Numbered from the stretch's first letter, positions 9,366-17,407 are shown. The stretch is DNA of 64,000 bases from Candidatus Doudnabacteria bacterium (GCA_016218585.1 JACRDK010000031.1:65764-129763), one strand, 5' to 3'. Program-made: numbers and translations. The notes: a model not told the origin generated them from the sequence alone.

Positions 9366-9959
9366 TTAAATAATCTTTTTCAGTCGCATTGATTTTCTTC
9401 GAACTATTAGCATAATTGCAAACAGCGCATTAGCTATTACCCACGTGCCGGGGAATAACCAGGTTATTATGCTGTAGTGCGCTAATCCCAGTATGCTGAG
9501 GGCGTGCCGAAAAGTGGTAATTGTATACAACGACAATGTTTCAGAATATGGGTCAACCCAGGACTTCCTAACTGTGGGAGCAAATCCCAACATATCTATG
9601 GTTGAAAGTAAAACTATTGATAAAACCGGTTGCTTAACTACCAACCAAATTGGTATGGATATAATAGCCAAAAAAAGAAAAATAACATCAATCGCTGTTA
9701 TTTGTTTTCTTCCGCTTGGCAAAGCTTTAAAGAAAATAAAAAAAGAAATCAAAGAGACACTTAAAGTAACATAAGAACCAATTCCCCCACCTGCATTTAT
9801 TTGTAACGCAAAAATTATAGAAGTTATTATCCCCCAGATAAGCCAAGAAAAGACATGGGGCTTAGTTTTGCCTTTAAAGATATCTATAATATAAGGCGCA
9901 TAGCCTATGAATGTTAGAGCGATTGCGATTACGCTAACGATTGTTTTTATTTCCAACAT
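9366..9959 (-). CDS. conserved hypothetical multi-pass membrane protein
   Basis: YAPYIIDIFKGKTKPHVFSWLIW and PTVRKSWVDPYSET; about 7 TM; TATAAT 6 nt before ATG. Confidence 0.75.
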   Translation of the reverse strand: MLEIKTIVSVIAIALTFIGYAPYIIDIFKGKTKPHVFSWLIWGIITSIIFALQINAGGGIGSYVTLSVSLISFFIFFKALPSGRKQITAIDVIFLFLAIISIPIWLVVKQPVLSIVLLSTIDMLGFAPTVRKSWVDPYSETLSLYTITTFRHALSILGLAHYSIITWLFPGTWVIANALFAIMLIVRRKSMRLKKII

Positions 9960-9992
9960 ATTTTGATTATATCATTTTTTAACTCAACATTA

Positions 9993-10451
9993 TTACTCTT
10001 TTTCCGCAAGCTCTTTTAGTTTTTGCAAAGCTTCCGGCCACATTTTGTTAAATTCTTCGGCCATGCTGTCTTCCGAATCCATATCCACTGTCAGTGTTGT
10101 AATTCCGTTTTGTTCCTCAAAAGAATAATTTTCAAATGCCGGAGTCCACTTCCTGGCTGCTTCGCTGGTTGTGTCCTCCACCCCATTATTAACAATTCCC
10201 AAATGTTCTATGGACAAAAATTCATAGGGTTTATTTTCCGCTATTGTGCTTACCATACCGCCTTCTTCCCCGGTATTTGGATCTTTGCCTAAAAATAAAA
10301 TTTTAGAACCCTTGCTCCAATCCCCTTTAAAATAACCCCCGGCGGCGTTAAAAGGCAAAGTCCATTCTCTATAAGTTTTGTCTGCCAACATTACATCCCA
10401 AACTTTTTCTTTAGGCGCGTTAATTTCAATTGAAAAATGTATTTTTTTCAT
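9993..10451 (-). CDS. SRPBCC (AHSA1-like) domain protein
   Basis: FSIEINAPKEKVWDVML...WPEALQKLKELAE. Confidence 0.85.
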   Translation of the reverse strand: MKKIHFSIEINAPKEKVWDVMLADKTYREWTLPFNAAGGYFKGDWSKGSKILFLGKDPNTGEEGGMVSTIAENKPYEFLSIEHLGIVNNGVEDTTSEAARKWTPAFENYSFEEQNGITTLTVDMDSEDSMAEEFNKMWPEALQKLKELAEKE

Positions 10452-10528
10452 ATATTTATTTTTAATTATTTTAGTTAGCTAATTATAGCATTAGTTTAAT
10501 TTGTTCCAAAAAATCCAAACAAAAGAAA

Positions 10529-10570
10529 GAAGCGCACGTCGTTGCCGGTTAGGGCGAGCGGGTGCGCTTC
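10529..10570 (-). terminator. GC-rich hairpin related to 8666-8705
   Basis: gaagcgcac...gtgcgcttc with T-rich tail on the minus strand. Confidence 0.65.
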
Positions 10571-10595
10571 GGGTTGTTCTGTACCACGGTTTTAC

Positions 10596-11423
10596 CTACG
10601 AATAGGCGGGAAGCGGATGTCGGGAGATGTCTGCCAAAATCGAAGGGTCCGAAGACAGTATTACCAAGGCATCCAGGGCAATCTTTGCCGCCCTCTCTTC
10701 GCCTTCCACGCCCCACTCGTTGCTGTGGCGGTTGGCGAACACGGCGTTGATGGCACCGCACGGCAGACCACGACCCTTGGCCATGCACCAGACGAACAGA
10801 CTGGCCGCTTCCATGGAGTAGCAGGCGGCACCGAGATCCATCACTTCCTGATGGCGCTTCAGCATCCGCTCGGAAAGTGTGCCCCAGATGTCGGGACGGC
10901 CCTGCCCGTCATAGAAGCAGTCGGTGGTGCACTCCGGGCCGAGATGAAAGTCGGACGGGCACTCCTTCTCCGCGGCGGCAGTCAGCGCTGAGACCACCCG
11001 CCAGTCGGCCACAGCCGGGAATTCCGGCGGAGCCCAGTTGTTGGAGGCGCCGTCGTAACGAATGGCGCAGGTGGGGATGATTACATCGCCGATGTGCGAC
11101 TCCTCGATGAGTGAGCCACAGGAACCGACGCGGATAAACAGCCGGGCGCCGCTGCGGACGGCTTCGGGAAGAACGATGCCAGTTGAGGCTCCGCCCATGC
11201 CGGAAGTCGTGACCGAAACTCGGGTGTTGCCATAGTAACCGGTATGCGAAACGAGGCCGCGATGATCGTTGGAAAAGCGTTTGGACTTCGTCAAAAACTT
11301 TTCCGCAATCATGTCAGCCCGTCCAGACGCACCGACGATCAGGCAGAAGTAGGACAGATCGCCGTCGGAAGTGTGGGTATGGTACTGCTCATAGTGAGCA
11401 GTCCGTGGTTGATCTGCTTTCAT
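10596..11423 (-). CDS. nucleoside phosphorylase (uridine phosphorylase family)
   Basis: TSGMGGAS, FIRVGSCGSL, AIRYDGAS, DCFYDGQGR, SMEAASLF motifs; start MKADQ after GAGGAG. Confidence 0.85.
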   Translation of the reverse strand: MKADQPRTAHYEQYHTHTSDGDLSYFCLIVGASGRADMIAEKFLTKSKRFSNDHRGLVSHTGYYGNTRVSVTTSGMGGASTGIVLPEAVRSGARLFIRVGSCGSLIEESHIGDVIIPTCAIRYDGASNNWAPPEFPAVADWRVVSALTAAAEKECPSDFHLGPECTTDCFYDGQGRPDIWGTLSERMLKRHQEVMDLGAACYSMEAASLFVWCMAKGRGLPCGAINAVFANRHSNEWGVEGEERAAKIALDALVILSSDPSILADISRHPLPAYS

Positions 11424-11484
11424 AACCGTAGCAAACTCCTCTTTTTGATTTGGTCCCAAGGGTAAGATTCCCAAAAGACCCTTT

Positions 11485-11517
11485 AGTCTAGCAAAAAAAC
11501 CTAAGGAAGTCCAGACC
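11485..11517 (-). promoter_or_regulatory. sigma70-like promoter shared with 9280-9312
   Basis: TGGACT(11513-11508)-17 bp-TAGACT(11490-11485). Confidence 0.7.
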
Positions 11518-11630
11518 GGGAGCTGTCCCGATATAAAATAGGGTTGCGATAAATTCAATTGTAATTTCAACAAACCCAAACAATAACAAAAAGCCCCATC
11601 ATAAAGATAAGGCTTTTTGTATGGCTCCAG
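11516..11630 (-). repeat. att-like tRNA-3'-end repeat, copy C
   Basis: Minus strand ggagccatacaaaaagccttatctttatgatggggctttttgttattgtttgggtttgttgaaattacaattga...cagctcccgg aligns with 13907-14022 and 16172-16260. Confidence 0.85.
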
Positions 11631-11702
11631 TTAGTGAACGTACTGAGAACTGTTGATTGGAAGGAATTGGAGCAATATTAAGATTATTGCTGGTATTTGC
11701 TG

Positions 11703-13013
11703 TTAGTAGTCATTTACTTTAATTTCTTCTTCGCCATAAACCCTATGACCAATTATTTTTCCGCCGCGTCGTTCAATCAGTTTATACATTGAGCTACTAA
11801 GTTCTCGTCCTGTTCTTTTATCAATCAAATGTTCGTAACCGGCAATATCTTGGCCAATAAGAAGGTCGTCGCGCAAAATTAACGATTTATAGGAAGATGA
11901 CAATTCTTGGCCAGTATTACGGTCTAATAAACGCTGGTAGCCGGCCATTTCGTTGGCAACAGGGAGATTACCCATAATGTTGATTTGCTTATAAGACCTT
12001 GAAAGGTCACGGCCGGTATTTGTGTCTAGAAGTCTTTGATAACCGCTAATGTCGGTTGCAATTACAAAATCGCCAATAATATCAATTTTTTTATAAGAAC
12101 TAGAAAGCTCTCTGCCAGTATTTCCATCAATTAGTCTTTGATAACCGACAATTCCTGTGCCTACATAATAACGGCCGTACTGCTGAATATCCTTGTAAGA
12201 AGAACCTACCGAAGAGCCGCGTTCGTCTACCAAACTGACGAACGAGCCGGTTCGTCTTATTGTAAAATGGCCTTGTTGTGGACTCTGTTCTTCGCGCCGT
12301 GCAGAATAGCTTTCCGAACTTTGTGGCTCTTGATGCGTGGTACTTTCTCTAAAAGAAGAACTAAACGCGCGGGAACTGGAACTTGTGCCGCCGGTAGCCT
12401 CGTCCATTCTTCGCTTGGCGTATTCTGAAAAGTTATCAATCTTTGCCTTATTGCGTATTGGGTCTTTGAATAAGTCTTCCAACTCTTGTTTGAGCTGTCG
12501 AGATACTTCGTCCAAAGCGTCCTTTTTGCGTTTAAATTCTTCGCTGCCTGTGTGTCGCTGTTGGTAGCCCGTCCTTGCTCTCGCTTTCTTTAGCTCTTCG
12601 TAAAAATCAAAACCTTTACCAAACCCAGTATCTTTAAAAAAGTCCTCATCAAAACCAAAATCTGAACCGAAGTCCGATTTCGGCCTTTTATGGGACTGTT
12701 CTTGTCTAGGCGGTTGTTGCGTTCGGTGTGTGTCTTGTCTGGGTGGTGTTTCAGCCCCTGAAGCACTAAAACCCAAATCGTAAGTTCTACGCTTTTTTGG
12801 GTCACTTAAAACCTGATAAGCCTCATTAACATCCTTAAATAGTTCTTCTTTCCCTTTGTTAGCAGGTATGTCTGGATGGGTTTCCCGCGCTAGTTTTCTA
12901 AATGCTAATCTTATTTCATCGTTAGTTGCAGCAGGACTAACCCTCAAAACTTCATAGTAGCTTCTTTTGCGATTATATTCTTCTCCGCCTCCAAAACCTT
13001 TTTCTCTTGGCAT
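11703..13013 (-). CDS. DnaJ-domain protein with C-terminal tandem repeats
   Basis: YYEVLRVS...THPD...[21 protein letters not shown]; about 5 repeats of GYQRL(I/L)[13 protein letters not shown]. Confidence 0.85.
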   Translation of the reverse strand: MPREKGFGGGEEYNRKRSYYEVLRVSPAATNDEIRLAFRKLARETHPDIPANKGKEELFKDVNEAYQVLSDPKKRRTYDLGFSASGAETPPRQDTHRTQQPPRQEQSHKRPKSDFGSDFGFDEDFFKDTGFGKGFDFYEELKKARARTGYQQRHTGSEEFKRKKDALDEVSRQLKQELEDLFKDPIRNKAKIDNFSEYAKRRMDEATGGTSSSSRAFSSSFRESTTHQEPQSSESYSARREEQSPQQGHFTIRRTGSFVSLVDERGSSVGSSYKDIQQYGRYYVGTGIVGYQRLIDGNTGRELSSSYKKIDIIGDFVIATDISGYQRLLDTNTGRDLSRSYKQINIMGNLPVANEMAGYQRLLDRNTGQELSSSYKSLILRDDLLIGQDIAGYEHLIDKRTGRELSSSMYKLIERRGGKIIGHRVYGEEEIKVNDY

Positions 13014-13074
13014 AGGTATGTAGTCAACAATTATTTATTTTATTATAACATTTTTTTCCAAGCCTTACTTCATA

Positions 13075-13123
13075 TACAAAGGCCATCTTTGTATGGGGGT
13101 CTTTGTACTTTTTGTTATGACTC
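13075..13123 (-). repeat. degenerate att-like repeat, copy D
   Basis: actttttgttatgactc vs actttttgttatggctc (antisense of the tRNA 3' end), plus related hairpin tacaaag..catctttgtatgggggtctttgt. Confidence 0.5.
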
Positions 13124-13139
13124 ACCTTTGTGGAAAGGA

Positions 13140-13865
13140 TTAAGGGTTATTAAATTTTGGTTCATATACCTTTTTAAACTCTTCGAGAGCTTCTGCCAAA
13201 TCTGATTTTAAGAGATTTATTGCTTCCTGCTGGGTTCCATCTTTAATACCAACACCAACCACCCATTTAAAGTCACCACCGGCTTTAAGCCGCAAGTGCT
13301 TATCGGGATTTAACAAAACAGCTCCAAATCCATGACTTGTTAACTCTTGAATGATTACTGAGTTTAATTGTTCGTCTTGTTCATCGTTATTTCTATTTGT
13401 AAATTTAACCACTCCTTTTTTTACTAATATTCTGTTTAGTTCTGACACAATTAGCTCAGGTGCCAGTGAGTGGGTCATCGCTCCAAAGACACTTATGGCC
13501 CCTTGGACTGAATTTGACTCAATTTTCATTTTTTCTGCCGATGATTTTATAAAATGTCCCGGCGCAAAATTTGTTTGATGTTCTGGAAAATTTGTTAAAC
13601 CAAGACCATAAAAATCTATACCCGAGTAATTGCCGTTATTTCTAAACCCTCTGATTGCCTCACCTTTGCCTGTTCCTAAGTCTAAAATTTTTGGCTTTGG
13701 CGAAAGAGAAGACGCGTATTTAAAAAATTGGTTTAAACCAAAAATTAAACACTCATACTCTGCGGCATCTCTAGATAATTCATAGTCAGGCGTTGGGTTG
13801 CGGTCTTGCTTTATTGCTCCCCTTAGACTATTAAAAGCGAATTTTGATAATTCAGATTCGTTCAT
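13140..13865 (-). CDS. class I SAM-dependent methyltransferase
   Basis: KILDLGTGKG motif I; ELNRILVKKG post-II motif. Confidence 0.75.
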   Translation of the reverse strand: MNESELSKFAFNSLRGAIKQDRNPTPDYELSRDAAEYECLIFGLNQFFKYASSLSPKPKILDLGTGKGEAIRGFRNNGNYSGIDFYGLGLTNFPEHQTNFAPGHFIKSSAEKMKIESNSVQGAISVFGAMTHSLAPELIVSELNRILVKKGVVKFTNRNNDEQDEQLNSVIIQELTSHGFGAVLLNPDKHLRLKAGGDFKWVVGVGIKDGTQQEAINLLKSDLAEALEEFKKVYEPKFNNP

Positions 13866-13906
13866 AGTTTAATTATACCATTTTAGTTTCGATCGCCCCA
13901 GACAGG

Positions 13907-14022
13907 CCGGGAGCTGAGCCCAATATTAAATCGGGATGTACCAGATTCAATCGTAATCTCAACAAACCCAAAAAATAACAAAAACCCCCATCATAAAGAT
14001 GAGACTTTTTGTATGGCTCCAG
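13907..14022 (-). repeat. att-like tRNA-3'-end repeat, copy B
   Basis: Minus strand ggagccatacaaaaagtctcatctttatgatgggggtttttgttattttttgggtttgttgagattacgattgaatctg...cagctcccgg. Confidence 0.85.
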
Positions 14023-14092
14023 GTAGCAAATGATGTCAGAACTAAGATTATGGAGAATAAAGAGCATCATTATATACCTGATTTGAAACTTG

Positions 14093-14836
14093 CTATGTAA
14101 ATATCTTTTCCATGACCTGTGCTACCCCTTCATTATTTTCATTTTCAGCTATTAAGTCAGCTTTGGCTTTCAAGTCATCTGTCGCATTACTCATGGCCAC
14201 TTTATAGCCTACACTTTCAAAAATAGGAAGATCATTGTTTCCATCACCAAAACCAACAACTTCTTCTCTTTTTAGATTAAGTAACTCCAGCCATAATTCT
14301 AAGGCGTGTTTTTTTGTAGCTTCTTTATGTACAATATGAATGTCAAAATGCTTTGGTGTCCAGGATGGAACAGGATGGGCTGCAATACCTGTAATCTTAT
14401 TTAGTGCACTCAAAAGGTTTTGGGCGCCGTCCTTACTTACAGTCATTATATAAATAATAGTTTCTGGGCTTTTCACAAGCCTTGCCTTTGCGAGTGAAGA
14501 TTCAGTTTCATTGCTAAAGTATAGCTGGTACTCAAAGGGCGTTGCAATATCAATTATTCCTCTCACCTGTTCAATTGAAAGCTGTTTCTCCCAAATAATT
14601 TTTTCGGTTAAGGGATCTATGATTTGTGTTCCGCCTGATATTATACAAGGACTTGTCAATTTGAGGGTTTTTAGTATATGCCTACAATTTGAAATTGGCC
14701 TACCTGTAGCTGCGGCAACTATTATTCGGTCTTTAATTTTATTAACTGCAGATATAAGCCGTGCCGAAGGCATGCCATCCTCTCTATTAAGAATGGCGGT
14801 TCCGTCTAAATCAAAAATTGCAGCTTTATATTCCAT
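14093..14836 (-). CDS. Cof-type HAD-IIB hydrolase
   Basis: IFDLDGT, ATGR, K..AL, GDGNNDLPIF motifs. Confidence 0.9.
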   Translation of the reverse strand: MEYKAAIFDLDGTAILNREDGMPSARLISAVNKIKDRIIVAAATGRPISNCRHILKTLKLTSPCIISGGTQIIDPLTEKIIWEKQLSIEQVRGIIDIATPFEYQLYFSNETESSLAKARLVKSPETIIYIMTVSKDGAQNLLSALNKITGIAAHPVPSWTPKHFDIHIVHKEATKKHALELWLELLNLKREEVVGFGDGNNDLPIFESVGYKVAMSNATDDLKAKADLIAENENNEGVAQVMEKIFT

Positions 14837-14837
14837 A

Positions 14838-15182
14838 TTATTGTTTTTCTATGTACCTTACATGGACTTCGTTTTCTGGTTTCCATGCAGGAGCGGTTAC
14901 AAGCACCATTTTCATTCTGCCCAGATAATAAATTTTTGTCATTGGGGGTGCAACAATAACGTCAGTGGCTTTTACTGGGGTTGACTCTCCATTCAAATAG
15001 AATGTACCCTCACCCTCAATAATGTAGTAAATAAAAGTACTTTCTTTATCGTAAAATTCTTGAAAATGGCCTTCTTCTACCTCAACGTAGACCATTCCTG
15101 CTTCTTCACGATTAACTTGGTAAACCCATAAGTTAATGCCGTGCTTGGATTTGGGGACTGCTTCTGCTCTTGTTAATTTCAT
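14838..15182 (-). CDS. cupin domain protein
   Basis: FIYYIIEGEGTFYLNG...VKATDVIVAPP. Confidence 0.8.
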   Translation of the reverse strand: MKLTRAEAVPKSKHGINLWVYQVNREEAGMVYVEVEEGHFQEFYDKESTFIYYIIEGEGTFYLNGESTPVKATDVIVAPPMTKIYYLGRMKMVLVTAPAWKPENEVHVRYIEKQ

Positions 15183-15367
15183 ATAATTTCATTAGTTTAT
15201 CTTAATTTCTTCATTTTGACCAACAAATTTATACTCATTGTCTAAAGGAACAAAAAAGGTGTCAGGAGCCTTTTTAATTTTTGAGTTATTTCACTTTTAG
15301 TCTATACCTAACCTAAAGGGTTGTAAATATGAGAAGCTTTATAAGTTTTGCCCAAATTATCCAAGTC

Positions 15368-15396
15368 TTGCCAGTTTGAGGAAATTTTGTTAAAAT
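15368..15396 (+). promoter_or_regulatory. sigma70 promoter for the GIY-YIG/tRNA unit
   Basis: TTGCCA-17 bp-TAAAAT with TG extension. Confidence 0.6.
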
Positions 15397-15436
15397 ATGC
15401 AAAGGTGATTAAAAGTCATCTATATATAGACAACGT

Positions 15437-15522
15437 TCGGGAGTAGCTCTCCGCCAAAGGCGGACTAAAGAGCGGTTAAGCAATCCCAACAGTAAAGTGG
15501 TCCGCCTCTGGCGGAGGCTGTA
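15437..15522 (+). pseudogene. duplicate tRNA-Asn 5' exon interrupted by two palindromic insertions
   Basis: tcgggagtagctc[21 nt]agcggttaagcaatc[30 nt]ggctgta vs intact tcgggagtagctcagcggtagagcaatcggctgta. Confidence 0.85.
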
Positions 15523-15538
15523 ACTTATTACAAAATGT

Positions 15539-15784
15539 ATGTTTTACATCTATGTTTTAAGAAGCAGTAAAAACAATAAACGATACGTTGGTTCGACATC
15601 AAAGTCGCCCGAAAAGCGAACCAGCGAACACAATAATGGTATTAATAGTTTTACCAGGCACAACAAGCCATGGAACCTAATATACCAAGAATCATTTACG
15701 ACAAAAAGCGAGGCTTTAAAAAGGGAAAACTTTTTGAAGTCTGGTCAAGGCCGTAAATGGCTTGATGAAAATATTCGGGAGTAG
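15539..15784 (+). CDS. small GIY-YIG nuclease (UPF0213-like)
   Basis: FYIYVL...RYVGST...R..EHN.G...EALKRE..LKSGQGR; stop codon lies inside the tRNA acceptor/D-arm. Confidence 0.9.
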   Translation: MFYIYVLRSSKNNKRYVGSTSKSPEKRTSEHNNGINSFTRHNKPWNLIYQESFTTKSEALKRENFLKSGQGRKWLDENIRE

Positions 15785-16177
15785 CTCAGCGGTAGAGCAA
15801 TCGGCTGTAGACACAGGTCTCAAAAGACCAAATTAGCAGCCTTCTCAAGTAATTGAGAAGTGAATAACGAGGTGAATTGTCCCGATGACAAGTCGGGATT
15901 CCGAAATCGCTTGAAATATTAGCGGAGTCGGAACTGGAAACCTAAATTCGTAAATTACGAATATGGCAATCAGCAGCCAAGCCCAGTTCTTTTAAAAAAA
16001 GATCTGGGAAGGTTCAGAGACTATCTCGAAAGAGAGTAGGCCTTAATAAGTTAAGGTCGAAGCCCCTCGTCCCGTACTCTTTTTATAGAGCGGGAATGAT
16101 ATAGTCCACTCCTAATAGAAATATTGGGGTTACGTGTAACCGATGGGTCCTGGGTTCGAATCCCAGCTCCCGAGCCA
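15775..16177 (+). tRNA. tRNA-Asn(GUU), exons 15775-15808 and 16137-16177
   Basis: Spliced TCGGGAGTAGCTCAGCGGTAGAGCAATCGGCTGT|TAACCGATGGGTCCTGGGTTCGAATCCCAGCTCCCGAGCCA; U1-A72, G73, encoded CCA. Confidence 0.92.
15809..16136 (+). ncRNA. group I intron (IA-like, with P7.1/P7.2) at anticodon position 35/36
   Basis: Exon GGCUGU pairs with IGS GCAGCC (15836-15841) with U.G at the splice site; Q aatcagcag, R gttcagagacta, S aatgatatagtc; P3 acgagg/cctcgt; terminal G16136. Confidence 0.9.
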
Positions 16178-16260
16178 TAACAAAAAGTCTCATCTTTATG
16201 ATGGGGCTTTTTGTTATTCTTTGGGTTTGCTGAAATTACGATTGAGTCTGACACATCACA
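16172..16260 (+). repeat. att-like repeat copy A (tRNA 3' end, terminator and downstream DNA)
   Basis: gagccataacaaaaagtctcatctttatgatggggctttttgttattctttgggtttgctgaaattacgattgagtctg. Confidence 0.85.
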
Positions 16261-16335
16261 ATCTTTTTTAAGTAGAACCTAGGACCTGTTTGGTGCTATA
16301 ATTAAAATCAGAATCATTATTTAGAAAAAAATTTA

Positions 16336-16764
16336 ATGTTACCCGACGAAAATTCGCAGCGGTTTATTGCTGTATTAAACAAAAAGATTGAAATAGGAAA
16401 GTTAATGAACGCCCTTGGCCATATGACAGCTGGCCTGGCTGGCGGTTTTGGCAAAGGCCAGGAAATGCGCTTTTTGGAATATAAAGACAAAGACGGCGGT
16501 GTCCACCCGCATATTTCCCATTTTCCTTTTATAATCTTAAAGGCGGATAATTCGAATCAAATTAGAAAAGTCAGAAACGAAGCAATAACCAGAAATATAA
16601 TGTTTACGGATTTTACCAGTACAATGACCGTTGGAACTTCGGCAGACCAAGTGGAACGAACAAAAAACACCCCCGAAGCAGAGTTGGAGTATTACGGAAT
16701 TTGTTTATTTGGTTCAACCCAAGAGCTGCGTGAGTTTACTGGTAAATTTTCTTTATTTCAATAA
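16336..16764 (+). CDS. DUF2000-like (PTH2-fold) protein
   Basis: GKLMNALGHM, YKDKDGGVHPHIS, YYGICLFG..ELREFTGKFSL. Confidence 0.65.
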   Translation: MLPDENSQRFIAVLNKKIEIGKLMNALGHMTAGLAGGFGKGQEMRFLEYKDKDGGVHPHISHFPFIILKADNSNQIRKVRNEAITRNIMFTDFTSTMTVGTSADQVERTKNTPEAELEYYGICLFGSTQELREFTGKFSLFQ

Positions 16765-16774
16765 TTTTAAACTT

Positions 16775-16990
16775 ATGGAAATAGAGCCGGGAATCTATTT
16801 ACATTTCAAAGGTAATAAATACAAGGTTATTGGAATGGTTAAACATTCCGAAACAAATGAAGACTTGGTTTTGTATGAAGCATTATATGAAAATCCTACC
16901 TCAAAATTTTGGGTAAGACCGGCTAATATGTTTTTAGAAGAAGTCCTGGTAAATGGCGAGAAGACTCTCAGGTTTAAAAAACTGCTATAA
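16775..16990 (+). CDS. DUF1653 domain protein
   Basis: GIYLHFKGNKY.V...HSET.E.LVLYEALY...WVRP..MF.E. Confidence 0.85.
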   Translation: MEIEPGIYLHFKGNKYKVIGMVKHSETNEDLVLYEALYENPTSKFWVRPANMFLEEVLVNGEKTLRFKKLL

Positions 16991-17019
16991 TTAAGCTATT
17001 AAAAATATAAACAAAATTT

Positions 17020-17295
17020 ATGACTAAAATAATACTTGGCATTACTCAACCAATTGCAACTGCGCTGATATTAGAACTGCTAATTCTATACACTCCCCTA
17101 AAAAACGTCATCCCACCCAAAAGTTTCCTGTTTTTCTTTATAATAAATTTTGCCGTTTTGTTTGCGATTCAATATTTTCTGCATATTAACTATGAATGGT
17201 ATTGGTGGGCAATTATTAACCCATTTATATACTTTGTATCTATATTTATAATTCCTTTGTTCCTTTTTATGGTTCTGGGAATGACTCAAGGATAA
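17020..17295 (+). CDS. hypothetical membrane protein
   Basis: 91 aa, three hydrophobic segments. Confidence 0.6.
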   Translation: MTKIILGITQPIATALILELLILYTPLKNVIPPKSFLFFFIINFAVLFAIQYFLHINYEWYWWAIINPFIYFVSIFIIPLFLFMVLGMTQG

Positions 17296-17407
17296 ACAAA
17301 TTAAGCAGCGGGACCCTTATTGGCCATATAAAACACCAACTTTTGTTGGTGTTTTATATTTATTTAGATGCTATAATATTAAAACTAATTAATAAAATTT
17401 AAATACT

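Noticed and set aside
11424-11579. N-terminal extension of the phosphorylase ORF
   Set aside because: Runs through the gene's own promoter and repeat C; SD supports a start at 11423
15182-15540. Strand switch as a replication origin
   Set aside because: No dnaA or clustered DnaA boxes seen; skew not computed; orientation is mixed further right
15775-16177. Alternative identities tRNA-Thr(UGU) (intron after U33, ending G16134) or tRNA-Tyr(GUA) (unspliced reading)
   Set aside because: The P1 U.G wobble falls at U35, P10 fits the UAA exon start, and U1-A72/G73 with a short variable loop fit Asn
16051-16254. 67-aa minus-strand ORF over the tRNA 3' exon
   Set aside because: Antisense to tRNA and intron; not called as a gene, though its SIVISxNP segment is noted in the findings
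4391-16260. CRISPR array or classical integron
   Set aside because: Spacing is gene-sized and irregular; no cas or intI gene; hairpins lack RYYYAAC/GTTRRRY attC ends
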